64,000 bases of DNA from Patescibacteria group bacterium (GCA_041674765.1 JBAYVE010000003.1:66040-130039), one strand, 5' to 3'; counted from the first letter of the stretch, positions 20,610 through 32,540 are shown. The notes: generated from the sequence alone by a model not told the origin. Translations and numbers: made by a program.

Positions 20610-23600
20610 TTATAATGTTTGACTTACGATTCCCGGGTTTGTAATTCCGTCAGCTTCTGACTCTTCTAGCAGGCCTGTGCCAGCTGGAATTAATTTACCA
20701 ATTATGACGTTTTCTTTCAGACCCCTTAGATAGTCTACTCTGCCAGAGATGGCAGCATCGATTAGGACAGAGGTAGTCTCCTGGAACGAGGCTGCCGATA
20801 AGAAGCTTTCGGTCTTCAGCGCGACTCTGGTAATTCCGAGTATTATGTCCTCAAACGCCACTTTCTTCTTACCTTCTTCAGCGATTTTTTTGTTCTGTTG
20901 CTGCACCTCGATGCGGGAGATTATTTGACCTGGAAGATATCTGGAATCACCGCTATCGAGTATTTTGACCTTGCTGTGCATCATCCGGACAATTACCTCG
21001 ATGTGTTTGTCATTAATATCTTGACCCTGAGATTCATAAATCGTCTGAACGGATTTGATAATGTAGTTTTGAGTCTTGGCGGCTCCGTTCAGCTTCATGG
21101 CGTTGCCTAAATCATAATGACCTTCTGTTAATGCAGTCCCCCGCTCAACTGCCTCACCGTTCTTGATCAATAATTCGGTATTCTTAGTAGTTGTATATTC
21201 TTTTACCGTCTCACCTTCTCCAGTAACTTTTGCCTTTGTGCCGGAAATCTCTATTTTTCCAGGAACCGGGCTCCGGAAAGGCTTCTCTTTTGGATTTTCG
21301 GACTCAGCAATAATCTGATTCTTTTGAACAAGAGACTTGTTTTCGACATTGAACTTAAATCCGGCCGGTAGAACGATCTGCTCTGAGTAAGAGCCGACTC
21401 CAGACACCGAAATTTTGATGATGTCTCCGTCGCGCTTAATAGAAGCCTTGCCCGGTATTTCAGACATAATAGCCGGTTTCTTTGGCATTCTGGCCTCAAA
21501 TATTTCCTCAACACGAGGCAGACCTTGTGTGATGTCCTCACCCGCAGCACCACCAGTATGGAAGGTACGCATGGTCAACTGTGTTCCAGGCTCACCGATA
21601 GCTTGAGCGGCGATGATACCGACTGCGGAACCGATCTCGACAGGTTTACCGGTCGCAAGATCGATACCATAACATTTCTGGCAAACGCCTCGATCTGATT
21701 CACAAGTAAGCAAGGAAAAGATCTCTATAGACTCGACTGCAGCATCATTGATCTTCTTGAGCTCTTCAAGGCCGATATTAGAACCAGCTTTTATACCGGC
21801 GACAGCCTTGCCAAGAGTACGGCCGAGAATATATTTATCCCATTGTTCACCAAAATCCGCGTAAAACTTTCTGGTGATCAATCTAGTTGCGGATGTACCA
21901 CAATCAGTCGAAGTAATCACTACATCCTGCGAGACATCAACTAATCTTCTGGTTAGATATCCTGCTTCTGAAGTTCTAAGCGCTGTATCAGCCCGTCCCT
22001 TTCTGGAACCGTGAGTTGACACGAAGTATTCAAACACTGAAAGACCTTCTTTGAAGTTTGAAGTGATCGGAAGTTCGATTACCGCTCCAGTCGGATCAGC
22101 AACCAGGCCTTTCATTGCCGCAACCTGAGTCATCTGAGAAATATTACCACGAGCTCCGGAGTTCATAATGATATAGATATCATTATCGTGCGGAAACTGA
22201 ATCATCATATCTTTTTCCATCTGTGACTGGGCACTCATCCAGATTTCAATAACCTTATTGTATCTTTCCTCTTCTGTGATCAGACCTCTGAGATACAGTT
22301 TTTCAACCTTCTGGACGTTCTCATTTGACTCTTTCAAAATTCTGCCCTTAGTAGATGGAATTTTAATATCTTCGACAGCAAATGTAAATCCTGACAACTC
22401 AGCATATTTGAAACCAACAGATTTAATATCGTCTACTAGTTTAGCAGTTATCTCAGCTCCCATTGTACGGTAAACGTTCTCGGCGAGCTTTGCGATTGTC
22501 TTTTTTGTCATGGCATCGTTGATAAACTCGATACCTTCCGGCAAGATCTCATTGAAGAGAATCCGGCCAACGGAAGTTTCTAGTAGTTTGCCATCGTTTA
22601 ATCTTACTTTTATCAGCGCATTGATATCTATAGCACCGAGGTCATATGCCGTAACTGCCTGACGCTCACTGGCAAATACCTTGCCTTCGCCTTTGGTGTT
22701 GTCAACAACGGCTGTCATATAATGGCAGCCAAGTACAATATCGAATGATAATGAAACTACCGGATCGCCTGAAGCTGGCTTCAGGAGGTTATGAGAAGCA
22801 AGCATGATTGTGCGGGCTTCTTCCTGCGCTTTATCAGAAAGAGGAAGGTGGACGGCCATTTGGTCACCATCAAAGTCAGCGTTGAAAGCAGAACAGACCA
22901 ACGGATGAATCTGAATCGCCTTACCTTCAATCAATACTGGTTGGAAAGCTTGAATACCAAGACGGTGCAGTGTTGGGGCACGGTTTAGCAATACATATTT
23001 ATCTTTAATCACGTCTTCTAGAATATCCCAAACAAATGTTTCGCCTTTTTCAATTAGCCTTGTGGCATTTTTGACGTTATGAACGTAGCCATCGCCGATA
23101 AGACGTCCGATGATAAATGGCTTGAATAGTTCCAATGCCATTATCTTTGGCAGTCCACATTGATGAAGCTTCAAACGAGGGCCGACAACAATAACCGAAC
23201 GTCCGGAGTAATCAACCCGTTTACCGAGCAAATTCTGGCGGAAACGTCCCTGTTTGCCGCGAAGCATATCTGAGAGTGATCTAAGCTTCCTTTTCCCACC
23301 AGCAGAAGATGCGATTTTGTCTTTTCTGGCGGAATTATCAATCAAAGCATCGACAGCTTCCTGCAGCATTCTTTTTTCATTCCGGCAAATTACTTCCGGA
23401 GCGCCCTGGGAAAGTAATCTTTTCAGGCGATTATTTCTATTAATAACTCTCCGATATAGGTCATTTAGATCTGAGGCAGCAAAACGTCCACCATCTAACT
23501 GTACCATTGGACGCAAATCTGGTGGGATAACCGGTAACCGTGAGAGAACGAGCCAGTCAGGCTTGATTCCGGCCTGTTTCATATTCTGCAAAATGCGGAG

Positions 23601-24389
23601 CCTTTTTAAAGTTTTGGTCCGAACCAAGCCGGTTTGTTTTCTTGAAAGTGTCTCAAGACCAACAATTGCATCATCGATATTGACTCTCTTTAGGAGGTCG
23701 AGTATAGCTTCAGCGCCTATGCCAACTTTGACAATCTGACCATACTTCATATTGAGTTCGCGGTATGCTTGCTCTGAAATGGTTACACCGGCAACTAATC
23801 CCGACAATTCACTCTTTGTCTCCTTATAGGCTTGATCAATCTCCTCTTTGGAAACGTCGGATGCCTGCTCGGTAGAGCCATTTTCGCTCAAATAATCCTT
23901 ATATTCTTTCTCTAAACTCTCGAGACTAGTCTTTTTTAACTCCTCGTTGACCTCAAGAATTGCATAGCTGGCAAAGTAGGCTACCTTCTCGATATCAGCA
24001 CCTGACATGCTCAAGATAGCCGAAATTACACTGGAAGTTCCACGTGAATACCAGATGTGAGCTACAGGCACAGCCAGATCGATATGACCCATCCGAACAC
24101 GTCGAACAGCGGAACGGGTGACTTCAACGCCGCACTTATCGCAGATTACACCTTTATAGCGAATTTTTTTGTACTTACCGCAATAACATTCCCAGTCTTT
24201 GGTCGGACCAAAAATTTTCTCGCAGAAAAGACCATCTCTCTCGGGCTTCTGCGTGCGATAATTTATTGTTTCAGGCTTGAGAACTTCGCCATGAGACCAG
24301 GATAAGATATCCTCTGGAGAAGCGACGGAGATTCGAATTGCTTCGAAATCTGATACCGTAACTTGATCTTTTACTTCTAGACTTGCCAT
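20610..24389 (-). CDS. rpoC: DNA-directed RNA polymerase subunit beta'
   Basis: Zn finger CYC...CDKC, NADFDGD, QAIGEPGTQLTMRTFH, LSAASFQET. Confidence 0.99.
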   Translation of the reverse strand: MASLEVKDQVTVSDFEAIRISVASPEDILSWSHGEVLKPETINYRTQKPERDGLFCEKIFGPTKDWECYCGKYKKIRYKGVICDKCGVEVTRSAVRRVRMGHIDLAVPVAHIWYSRGTSSVISAILSMSGADIEKVAYFASYAILEVNEELKKTSLESLEKEYKDYLSENGSTEQASDVSKEEIDQAYKETKSELSGLVAGVTISEQAYRELNMKYGQIVKVGIGAEAILDLLKRVNIDDAIVGLETLSRKQTGLVRTKTLKRLRILQNMKQAGIKPDWLVLSRLPVIPPDLRPMVQLDGGRFAASDLNDLYRRVINRNNRLKRLLSQGAPEVICRNEKRMLQEAVDALIDNSARKDKIASSAGGKRKLRSLSDMLRGKQGRFRQNLLGKRVDYSGRSVIVVGPRLKLHQCGLPKIMALELFKPFIIGRLIGDGYVHNVKNATRLIEKGETFVWDILEDVIKDKYVLLNRAPTLHRLGIQAFQPVLIEGKAIQIHPLVCSAFNADFDGDQMAVHLPLSDKAQEEARTIMLASHNLLKPASGDPVVSLSFDIVLGCHYMTAVVDNTKGEGKVFASERQAVTAYDLGAIDINALIKVRLNDGKLLETSVGRILFNEILPEGIEFINDAMTKKTIAKLAENVYRTMGAEITAKLVDDIKSVGFKYAELSGFTFAVEDIKIPSTKGRILKESNENVQKVEKLYLRGLITEEERYNKVIEIWMSAQSQMEKDMMIQFPHDNDIYIIMNSGARGNISQMTQVAAMKGLVADPTGAVIELPITSNFKEGLSVFEYFVSTHGSRKGRADTALRTSEAGYLTRRLVDVSQDVVITSTDCGTSATRLITRKFYADFGEQWDKYILGRTLGKAVAGIKAGSNIGLEELKKINDAAVESIEIFSLLTCESDRGVCQKCYGIDLATGKPVEIGSAVGIIAAQAIGEPGTQLTMRTFHTGGAAGEDITQGLPRVEEIFEARMPKKPAIMSEIPGKASIKRDGDIIKISVSGVGSYSEQIVLPAGFKFNVENKSLVQKNQIIAESENPKEKPFRSPVPGKIEISGTKAKVTGEGETVKEYTTTKNTELLIKNGEAVERGTALTEGHYDLGNAMKLNGAAKTQNYIIKSVQTIYESQGQDINDKHIEVIVRMMHSKVKILDSGDSRYLPGQIISRIEVQQQNKKIAEEGKKKVAFEDIILGITRVALKTESFLSAASFQETTSVLIDAAISGRVDYLRGLKENVIIGKLIPAGTGLLEESEADGITNPGIVSQTL

Positions 24390-24429
24390 ATGTTTTCCTA
24401 TTTTAAGTTGCTTTAGTATTTTTTAGTTA

Positions 24430-27400
24430 TTACTCTTGTTCTTTGCCCTCTTCTTCGAAGACGATGTCCTCATCGGCAGCAGTCTGCTCTGCAGCGATTT
24501 CAGTCAATTTCTCATCGAGCTCTTCATCAAATTCGCCATCTTCAGGAATATCGTATTCTGTAGCGATGGAGACCGGCCCCGCAACTTCTGTCGGCTTTTC
24601 GACCGGTTTGTTTTCAAGCTCTGCTGCTTCCTCTCTTGAGGTGATTAAATCAACATCGAGACAAAGACTTTGGAGTTCCTTAACCATTACATTGAAAGCT
24701 TCTGGAATAATTGGCTTTTGAATCTTTTCGCCCTTGATAATAGCCTCGTAGATCCTGCTTCTTCCAATAATATCGTCAGACTTTATAGTCAGCATTTCCT
24801 GGAGAGTATGAGCAGCACCGTAAGCTTCGAGCGCCCAAACTTCCATCTCTCCAAACCTCTGACCACCAAACTGAGCTTTACCGCCGAGAGGCTGCTGAGT
24901 AATCATAGAGTATGGCCCAACGCTACGGGCGTGCATTTTATCATCAACAAGATGATGAAGTTTCAAAATATACATGACGCCAACAGTTGCTTTGCGGGCA
25001 AAAGGTTCGCCAGTTTTACCATCGGAAAGTTGAATTTTACCATCATCAGGCAGATTTTGATCTCTCAATCTCTCCTGTATTTCCTCCCATTTGAGACCCT
25101 CAAACACTGGTGTGGCGATCTTGTAGCCCCCAGTCATAGCAGCAAGTCCCAGATGAGTCTCAAGGATTTGTCCGACGTTCATACGGGAGATCACACCAAG
25201 TGGATTCAAGATTACATCGACAGGGCGGCCATCAGGCATAAAAGGCATGTCTTCTTCCGGAAGGATAGTCGAAATAACACCCTTATTACCATGGCGTCCG
25301 GCCAATTTATCTCCGACTGATATTTTTCTAAGCTGAGCGACTGAAACTTCAACCATCTGGAAAACACCGGTTGGAAGCTCATCACCGTTATCTTTTGTAA
25401 ATACCTTCACATTGACGACTTTACCATATTCACCATGAGGCAGACGAAGCGATGAATCGCGAACATCTTTGGCTTTTTCGCCGAAAATTGCCCGGAGCAG
25501 CTTCTCCTCTGAGGAAAGCTCCGTTTCACCCTTTGGCGATATTTTTCCAACAAGGATATCTCCTGACTGAACTTCTGCGCCGATTCTGATTATTCCCATC
25601 TCATCAAGGTTAGCCAGTGCTTCCTCGGAAACATTTGGGATATCTCTAGTGAGTTGCTCAGGCCCGAGCTTTGTATCACGTACTTCGATTGAATATTGTT
25701 CGATGTGAACTGAGGAAAGAGTATGATTTTTTACCAGTCGGTCAGAGATAATTATAGCGTCCTCAAAGTTTGATCCGCCCCATGACATGAACGCAACTAA
25801 CAAATTTTGTCCGAGAGCGAGCTCTCCTTTATCTGTAGCGGAAGAGTCTGCAATTACATCACCTTCATTTACCTCTTCACCCACGCTCACCATGGGACGC
25901 TGGTTAATCAAGGTTCCCTGATTAGATCGGGAAAATTTTTCCAGATAGTATTCATCTTGGTCATTTTTTTCTGTCTTAACACGGATTAATCGAGAAGAAA
26001 CATGGGTGACTGTACCAGAGTGCTTTGCCACGACGATTTGACCAGAATATTTGGCCGCGGACTCTTCCATACCAGTACCAACAACCGGAGAATCCGGTTT
26101 GATTAGAGGAACAGCCTGGCGTTGCATATTCGAACCCATCATCGCTCTAGCACCATCATCATGTTCGACAAAAGGGATAAGCGAGGTAGCAATCGATACA
26201 ATCTGTTTTGGCGAAACGTCCATATATTCGACTTCGGCTAGGTCGGCCATATCAGGATGTCCGTTTCTGCGAACTATCACTCGACTATCTTTTATAAAGC
26301 TATTTTCGTCAACCATAACTGATGCCGGGGCGATAATTGACTTTTCTTCCTCGCCCGCATCCAAATAAACCGTTTCGTTCGTAACTTTGGCTTTTCCATT
26401 TTCAATCTTTACCTTCCGGTAAGGGGTTTCCATAAAGCCGTAATCATTGATTCTTGCATAAGTTGCCATATAACTCACCAGTCCGATATTCGGACCTTCA
26501 GGAGATTCAATAGGACATATCCGTCCATAATGACTTTCATGTACGTCACGAACCTCGAAGCCGGCACGCTCTCTTGATAGACCGCCAGGACCTGTTGCAG
26601 AGAGTGTCCTTTTGTGTTCAAGCTCGGAGAGAGGATTTGTCTGATTCATAAATTGCGAAAGTTGAGAAGAGGAGTAAAATTCCTGAAGAGCAGCAACAAT
26701 TGGTCGAGAATTGACCAAGGCCTGTGGGGCAATCTCAAGCGGGTCCAACACACTCATACGGTCTTTGACGATTCTTTCAACACGTAGAAGTCCAACCCGG
26801 ACCCGGCCCTGAACTGACTCTCCGACGGCTTTTATTCTTCGATTTTTCAAAGCGTCAGTATCATCAGGCAAGGCGCCTGGCGTGTTGTTCAAGCGAATAA
26901 TTTCCTTAACGATGCTAATTAGGTCATCAAGTCTAAAGACCCGGTTCTCGGGAGTGTTTGGAATATTAACCCCGAGTCGTTGGTTGAGCTTATATCGTCC
27001 AACGCGACCAAGATCATATCTTTTGGAATTGAAAAGCATCATCTCTATAAATGATTTGGCGGACTCAGGAGTGGCCAAATCACCAGGACGGATTCTCTTG
27101 TATGTCTCGACAAGGCCTTCCTCGTAGCTCTTAGCCGGATCTTTATCGATAGTTACATCAATATATTTAAGATCATCATTGGTATCTACATCGGCGAATG
27201 CTGCCTTGATTTTCTCGTCCGTGTCCAATCCAAGGGCACGGAGAAAAGTTGTGATCGGAATTCTTCTCTTGCGATCAACCTTGATTGAAATGACACCTTT
27301 GGCGTTACTTTCGAGCTCAAGCCAGGCACCTCTATTTGGAATTACCTTAGCACCGAAATAACTTCGGCCATTGATTTTTTCAGCTGTAAACAAAACTCCG

Positions 27401-27816
27401 TACGAACGAACAATTTGCGATACAACACAGCGCTCTACACCGTTGATAATGAAAGTGCCACAATTTGTCATAATAGGAAAATCACCGAGGAATACTTCAC
27501 CTTCCTTGATCTCTTTGGTCTGTTTGTTCAAAAGGGAGACTTTGACACGAAGAGGAGCTTTATAGGTAAGATTCTTCTCTCTGGCGGTTTTTTCATCAAT
27601 TCTGGGCTTATCAAGATAATAGTCGCCAAAAGTCAGAGAAAACAATTCGCCGGTAAAGTCTTCTACAGGTGAAATCTCGTCAAGCAAGTCACGAAGACCC
27701 TCTTTGAAAAACCATTCATAGGACTTGGTCTGAATTTCAATCAGATTCGGAAGATCCTCAAAAACGCTCGTCTTTCTTGGCAAAATTCTTTGGTTTACTT
27801 TGCTAGCAGTTGGCAT
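24430..27816 (-). CDS. rpoB: DNA-directed RNA polymerase subunit beta
   Basis: [35 protein letters not shown]. Confidence 0.99.
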   Translation of the reverse strand: MPTASKVNQRILPRKTSVFEDLPNLIEIQTKSYEWFFKEGLRDLLDEISPVEDFTGELFSLTFGDYYLDKPRIDEKTAREKNLTYKAPLRVKVSLLNKQTKEIKEGEVFLGDFPIMTNCGTFIINGVERCVVSQIVRSYGVLFTAEKINGRSYFGAKVIPNRGAWLELESNAKGVISIKVDRKRRIPITTFLRALGLDTDEKIKAAFADVDTNDDLKYIDVTIDKDPAKSYEEGLVETYKRIRPGDLATPESAKSFIEMMLFNSKRYDLGRVGRYKLNQRLGVNIPNTPENRVFRLDDLISIVKEIIRLNNTPGALPDDTDALKNRRIKAVGESVQGRVRVGLLRVERIVKDRMSVLDPLEIAPQALVNSRPIVAALQEFYSSSQLSQFMNQTNPLSELEHKRTLSATGPGGLSRERAGFEVRDVHESHYGRICPIESPEGPNIGLVSYMATYARINDYGFMETPYRKVKIENGKAKVTNETVYLDAGEEEKSIIAPASVMVDENSFIKDSRVIVRRNGHPDMADLAEVEYMDVSPKQIVSIATSLIPFVEHDDGARAMMGSNMQRQAVPLIKPDSPVVGTGMEESAAKYSGQIVVAKHSGTVTHVSSRLIRVKTEKNDQDEYYLEKFSRSNQGTLINQRPMVSVGEEVNEGDVIADSSATDKGELALGQNLLVAFMSWGGSNFEDAIIISDRLVKNHTLSSVHIEQYSIEVRDTKLGPEQLTRDIPNVSEEALANLDEMGIIRIGAEVQSGDILVGKISPKGETELSSEEKLLRAIFGEKAKDVRDSSLRLPHGEYGKVVNVKVFTKDNGDELPTGVFQMVEVSVAQLRKISVGDKLAGRHGNKGVISTILPEEDMPFMPDGRPVDVILNPLGVISRMNVGQILETHLGLAAMTGGYKIATPVFEGLKWEEIQERLRDQNLPDDGKIQLSDGKTGEPFARKATVGVMYILKLHHLVDDKMHARSVGPYSMITQQPLGGKAQFGGQRFGEMEVWALEAYGAAHTLQEMLTIKSDDIIGRSRIYEAIIKGEKIQKPIIPEAFNVMVKELQSLCLDVDLITSREEAAELENKPVEKPTEVAGPVSIATEYDIPEDGEFDEELDEKLTEIAAEQTAADEDIVFEEEGKEQE

Positions 27817-27980
27817 CTATTCTCCTTAGAATTATATATTTGTATGATAAATAAAAAATTAAATTATCGGTAAGCAAAAAATGGCCCGTTTCGGTCTGGG
27901 GCTTATTTTTATCTACTGGCTTGGTTTAGAGTGCATTCAATACCCAAGTTTTCCCACTCGAAAATAATTGTATTAATAAA

Positions 27981-28009
27981 ATGTTAGCACACAATAAAAC
28001 ACTTGTCAA
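27981..28009 (-). promoter_or_regulatory. rpoBC promoter
   Basis: TTGACA, 17 bp ending TGC, TAACAT (extended -10). Confidence 0.65.
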
Positions 28010-28107
28010 CACAAGTATTGCACTTAAATTTTTCACATTTCTCGAGTTCAAGATAAGTATATGAGAGCAATAGACTCTTGTCAATTAGCAATATATTCAA
28101 TACTGCT

Positions 28108-29079
28108 TTAGCAAATTTTGGACTTTATTTCATTGATTAACTTGTCGATATTCTGGTGAGTTGAAGCAGAGATAAGGATCGTCTTCTTACGAATTCTCCC
28201 GAAGGCCGATTTTATCTCCTCTTTTTTATCATCGCTAATAAGTTCAATCTTGTTTATTGCGATGATCTCAGGTTTTTTGGAGAGTTCCTTGGAAAATTTC
28301 TTTAGCTCATTCCGAATCATCTTGTAGCCCGCGACTGAGTCCGGTGAAGAGGCATCTATGAGGTGAACAATGATCTTTGTACGTTCAATATGTTTTAGAA
28401 AAGTACACCCAAGCCCCTTGCCGCCTGATGCGCCTTCGATGAGTCCAGGAATGTCTGCAATGATGATTCTACTATCACGATCAACATAGGTGCCCAAATT
28501 TGGCTCAAGTGTGGTAAAGGGATAGTCAGCAATTTTTGGCCTTGCACTAGTCAAAACAGAGAGCAAGGTTGATTTACCGGCATTTGGTAGGCCTACAAGT
28601 CCGACGTCTGCTATGGTTTTCAACACAAGATCGAGCTTCAGGGATTCCCCTTTCTGACCCTCTTTAGCCCACTCTGGCGCCTGCTTAATAGAGGTTGCGA
28701 AGTGCTGGTTTCCCCAACCGCCATTTCCACCCTTCAACAGGACTATCTGCTCGCCTTTTTGCGTCAAATCATACATCAACTCACCTTTGTGATATATCAA
28801 AGTACCTGTCGGAACTTTAAGAATCAGGTCCTCACCCTTCTTGCCTGCCCTGTTTCTACCCATACCATTCTGACCGTTTTGTGCCATAAAACGTTTTTTC
28901 CGAGCAAAGTCAGAGAGTGTATGGACCCTATCATCTACTTCAAAAAGAACATTGCCTCCTCGTCCACCATCACCACCATCCGGACCACCGTTTGGAATAT
29001 ATTTTTCATGCCGAAAAGAAACAGCTCCATCGCCGCCTTTACCAGCCCTCACATAAATTTCAACTTCATCAATAAACAT
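28108..29079 (-). CDS. obgE: GTPase ObgE/CgtA
   Basis: Gly-rich GGPDGGDGGRGG, GLPNAGKST, DYPFTTL, DIPGLIEGAS. Confidence 0.98.
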   Translation of the reverse strand: MFIDEVEIYVRAGKGGDGAVSFRHEKYIPNGGPDGGDGGRGGNVLFEVDDRVHTLSDFARKKRFMAQNGQNGMGRNRAGKKGEDLILKVPTGTLIYHKGELMYDLTQKGEQIVLLKGGNGGWGNQHFATSIKQAPEWAKEGQKGESLKLDLVLKTIADVGLVGLPNAGKSTLLSVLTSARPKIADYPFTTLEPNLGTYVDRDSRIIIADIPGLIEGASGGKGLGCTFLKHIERTKIIVHLIDASSPDSVAGYKMIRNELKKFSKELSKKPEIIAINKIELISDDKKEEIKSAFGRIRKKTILISASTHQNIDKLINEIKSKIC

Positions 29080-29126
29080 ATTTTAGTCAAAAGTTTATAA
29101 AGTAAACAAGTTCATAAAGTGATACG

Positions 29127-29226
29127 CCTTCCCTTACCCGTTCCCCTCTCCCCCATTCCCCATTCTACATTCCCCATCCGATTCCCCCGTTCCACATTCT
29201 ACTTTCTCCATTCTACATCCCCATTA
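29127..29226 (-). repeat. G-rich heptameric tandem repeat (GGGGAAT/GTAGAAT units)
   Basis: Plus strand reads CATTCCC/CATTCTA repeats for ~100 bp upstream of obgE. Confidence 0.8.
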
Positions 29227-29300
29227 TAATAGCACAAAATATCCTATCTGGCTACATGAACAAATTTGCTCCATTATAAGAGTAAAAGACTTGAAACCGT

Positions 29301-30419
29301 CTAATTAACAAAACCAATAATTTTGTAATAATTTCTGGACATCGTGCGTTCAGTAATCCAACCGTGAGTATAGTTACTCTCCCGAATATTAAATGAGCCG
29401 TCCGAATTGACGGAGGTAACGACTGCAACATGTCCAGCCCAGCTCTCATTTGTGACCACTAAGCCGCCGGCTTTTGGGGTCCTCGAGTTGGTGGGGATCC
29501 ATTTGGCAAGCCAATGACCGCCAACAGGATACCCTTGGGAGGTCACATAAGTATAACACTGCATCTCGTTCGCTTTGGCTTTACGGACATAACGAACACC
29601 GTTGATAGTCCCGACATAGGATTGTGTAGCGCTACGGATACTTGCCGTAGATCGAGCCACGGTTGTCCTATTTGCCGCTGCCAGTTTAGACTTTTTGGCA
29701 TTCTCCTTTTTGGCAATTTCTGTAGCACTGACTTCGTAGCCCCTCGGCGGTATCTTCAACTTCACACCCGGCTTTATGGAGTTTATATTATCAATATCAT
29801 TTAGATACTTCAGTGTAGAGAGTTTAACATCAAACTTCCAGCCAAGCCCTGTGAGTGTATCGCCACTTTCCACGATATAATATACGGTTTCAGAAGAATT
29901 ATCGGGCAAAGGAGTTGTCCGCTCTGTTATCTGAGTATCAACAGGAGCAGCGATTGCCAGAAAACCTTCCTTATCAGCCATCGCAGAATTACCTTTGGCT
30001 ACTGCTGTTTTGTCATCTAAGATACCGGGGATTGTTGTGAAACGATCAACATTTTCAACAATCGATTGCTCTTCGTCAGGATTAATATTAATAAAGCCCA
30101 ATGACAACGCACGAGCTTGAGCTGAATCACCAAAATTTGCAACTAAAACGATTAGCAGCAAAAAAACTAGGGCAAAATGGGGCAAGAACTTAAGATCAAA
30201 CAAACCGCTAAGAGAAGTACTTTTTATGTAAGTTAAAATAGTGTCAAAGCCCGCAAAGAAGAACTTCTTAGCGTCTCGCCTACACACTTTAGCTATCCCG
30301 AGTTTAATATGAGTCAGTAAATATTCTTTTTTATTGGCCTCTATCGTCTTTGCAGACGAGGGAGGCTCAGTTCGGTCATGTAAAACCATAATAATTATGT
30401 ACTGCTTTTCACAGTACAC
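29301..30419 (-). CDS. LysM + CHAP-like domain cell-wall hydrolase
   Basis: LysM YIVESGDTLTGLG..F.V..L..LN; CHAP QCYTYV...GHVAVV...ESNY; TM anchor; true start uncertain. Confidence 0.85.
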   Translation of the reverse strand: MYCEKQYIIIMVLHDRTEPPSSAKTIEANKKEYLLTHIKLGIAKVCRRDAKKFFFAGFDTILTYIKSTSLSGLFDLKFLPHFALVFLLLIVLVANFGDSAQARALSLGFININPDEEQSIVENVDRFTTIPGILDDKTAVAKGNSAMADKEGFLAIAAPVDTQITERTTPLPDNSSETVYYIVESGDTLTGLGWKFDVKLSTLKYLNDIDNINSIKPGVKLKIPPRGYEVSATEIAKKENAKKSKLAAANRTTVARSTASIRSATQSYVGTINGVRYVRKAKANEMQCYTYVTSQGYPVGGHWLAKWIPTNSRTPKAGGLVVTNESWAGHVAVVTSVNSDGSFNIRESNYTHGWITERTMSRNYYKIIGFVN

Positions 30420-30456
30420 TCAAATAGTTTATCACCAAAATATAAATAGTCAAGCC

Positions 30457-31668
30457 TTATTTGACTTTCACAATGATCTGGGCAGAGGAAATATTGGAGA
30501 TAGAGATATCGCTTGGAACAATAAAGTTCTCTGGCTTAAGATCAAATTCGATTTCACGATTTGCGTTCGGTACCTTTCCCTCGAAATCAAAGGTCAGATT
30601 CACCTCTGACGGACTCAAATTGTTAATTTTATCGTCGGGACCGGTGCAGGTAAGCCTCAAGCTGTCCGGACTATATGAGATTATTATATTTTCACCTGCA
30701 TTTATTGGGCGGAAGTTGGTAATGATAATATCTTTGTATGCATTGTATTTGCTCAGTGAAAGAACAATATGTACACGATTACTACCGGAGATTGATATTC
30801 CTTGAGGAATAATCAGTGATATATCTTTTTCGAGGGTATCAGAAAGACCGACAATATCTATTGGCACTGTCTCAATGTTATTGATACTATTTATTTGGGA
30901 AGTCGCACCCATAATATCTACCACGTTTGGCGTGACGGTTAGACCAGAAATATAATATCCAACTTTCGGTGAACCGCTAAATTTTGCCTTAATCCCCACG
31001 GTCCGTATGTTTGCTCCTTTAATAATTGGAACTGTTGCCGTAACATGATCAGGGAAGAAGGAAAGACCATCTATTTCATCGCCATTTTCATTGCGCCCTT
31101 TCACCGTAATATCACGCTTAAATTCCGCACTTTCATTGTCCAGTCTGATTATCCCTGAAACCTCCTGTATCCTTTCAATCCTGCTTTTGGCACCACTTAC
31201 AGTTACTTTAGCTGGGTTGAATATAACATCGCCTGCGATCATTCCCTCAGCTGCACTACCCTCAATCTTGGCTGTTACATCGATTTCCTTCGTGATTTGC
31301 TTCTCCAAGCTAACCAAAACCGTACCTGGTGTTTTGTCGATAATTTTAATTCCCGGAACTTTTGTAGTCACTAATATTGGCAACTCATGGGTCCCTTCAG
31401 AGAAACCAGCGAGATCAATTGTGGCCAAGAAACTATCGGATGATAACTTCGACCAAACCGAAGGTTCCGCCATTACTTTTACAGACACTGTTCTAGCGTC
31501 ATAAACAGCTACATAACCTATAGGTGTATTGACGGCTTGAAGTGAAAGATCGCCAGGAAATTTTGCGATAGTACTCTGGCTTGAAGCCACATAAATCCAA
31601 AGCAGGGCAGCCATCCCAAAGCAGCTGAGTTTGATCCAAAAATTTTTAGTGAATTTAGAAATTTTCAT
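30457..31668 (-). CDS. cdaR: CdaR/YbbR-domain regulator of diadenylate cyclase
   Basis: N-terminal TM (IKL..MAALLWIYV), repeated YbbR-like beta domains; overlaps cdaA stop. Confidence 0.88.
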   Translation of the reverse strand: MKISKFTKNFWIKLSCFGMAALLWIYVASSQSTIAKFPGDLSLQAVNTPIGYVAVYDARTVSVKVMAEPSVWSKLSSDSFLATIDLAGFSEGTHELPILVTTKVPGIKIIDKTPGTVLVSLEKQITKEIDVTAKIEGSAAEGMIAGDVIFNPAKVTVSGAKSRIERIQEVSGIIRLDNESAEFKRDITVKGRNENGDEIDGLSFFPDHVTATVPIIKGANIRTVGIKAKFSGSPKVGYYISGLTVTPNVVDIMGATSQINSINNIETVPIDIVGLSDTLEKDISLIIPQGISISGSNRVHIVLSLSKYNAYKDIIITNFRPINAGENIIISYSPDSLRLTCTGPDDKINNLSPSEVNLTFDFEGKVPNANREIEFDLKPENFIVPSDISISNISSAQIIVKVK

Positions 31669-32531
31669 TTGCCCTGTCTAAGCAATGCTATTAGTCTATT
31701 TTTCAGTCGTTCTTCTGTTATTCTCCTGTCAAGCTTGCCATTCACTGCCATTGAGATATAGCCGGTTTCTTCAGAAACAATAATAGCAACGGCGTCAGAA
31801 TTCTCTGTGATACCAAGTCCGGCCTTATGACGTGTTCCCAAATCAGAACTAAGGTATGCCTCAGAGACAGGCAAAATTGATCTGGCCGAAAGTATTTGAT
31901 CCCCAGAGATGATTACTGCACCATCATGAAGGGGTGACTTAGGAAAAAATATTGTCAAAAGCATATCTCTGGATACTTGTGCATTTATCTCTGTACTCTT
32001 CTCGATGTATTCGCGAAGACCAGTTTGACGCTGAAACACTATTAAAGCGCCAATTTTATTCTGAGACAAGGTTATAACTGTACTGACGATACTCTCGACC
32101 AGAGCTAGAGGCTTGGTATGAGAGTTTAATTCTCGTATAAACTTAGCCCGCCCAAGCTTTTCCAGCGCAGAACGCAGCTCAGGCTGAAATACGATCGGAA
32201 TAGCTACAACAAGCATCGTCATCAGATACTTCAAAATCCAGTTCAGAAGGATAAGATTAAATAAATTTCCTAGAGCGAAAAGACAGATAATTATAACGAG
32301 ACCATATAATATACGTGCTGCCCTTGTCTCACGAAGGAAGACATAACCCCAGTAGAGCAACAGACCGACGATGAGAATATCTAAGATAAATGTAAGATAA
32401 CCAGTTCCAGAAACAATCCTGAAACTGTCTATCAGATGACTTGCTTTGATTGCATCTCCAAAAATTTTGCCGCCAGCTTCCAAATTCCCTCTCTCAAGGT
32501 TAAACAATAATACTATTATATCATACAACAA
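31665..32531 (-). CDS. cdaA: Diadenylate cyclase CdaA/DacA
   Basis: 3 TM, IVFQPELR, PLHDGAV, GTRHKAG, VSEETG; alternative start TTG 32483 with GAGAGG. Confidence 0.95.
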   Translation of the reverse strand: MLYDIIVLLFNLERGNLEAGGKIFGDAIKASHLIDSFRIVSGTGYLTFILDILIVGLLLYWGYVFLRETRAARILYGLVIIICLFALGNLFNLILLNWILKYLMTMLVVAIPIVFQPELRSALEKLGRAKFIRELNSHTKPLALVESIVSTVITLSQNKIGALIVFQRQTGLREYIEKSTEINAQVSRDMLLTIFFPKSPLHDGAVIISGDQILSARSILPVSEAYLSSDLGTRHKAGLGITENSDAVAIIVSEETGYISMAVNGKLDRRITEERLKNRLIALLRQGK

Positions 32532-32540
32532 CCAAAAAAA

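Noticed and set aside
27820-27980. Attenuator in the rpoB leader (GCCC...GGGC + U tract)
   Set aside because: Stem is short and imperfect, with no leader ORF or alternative structure I can support.
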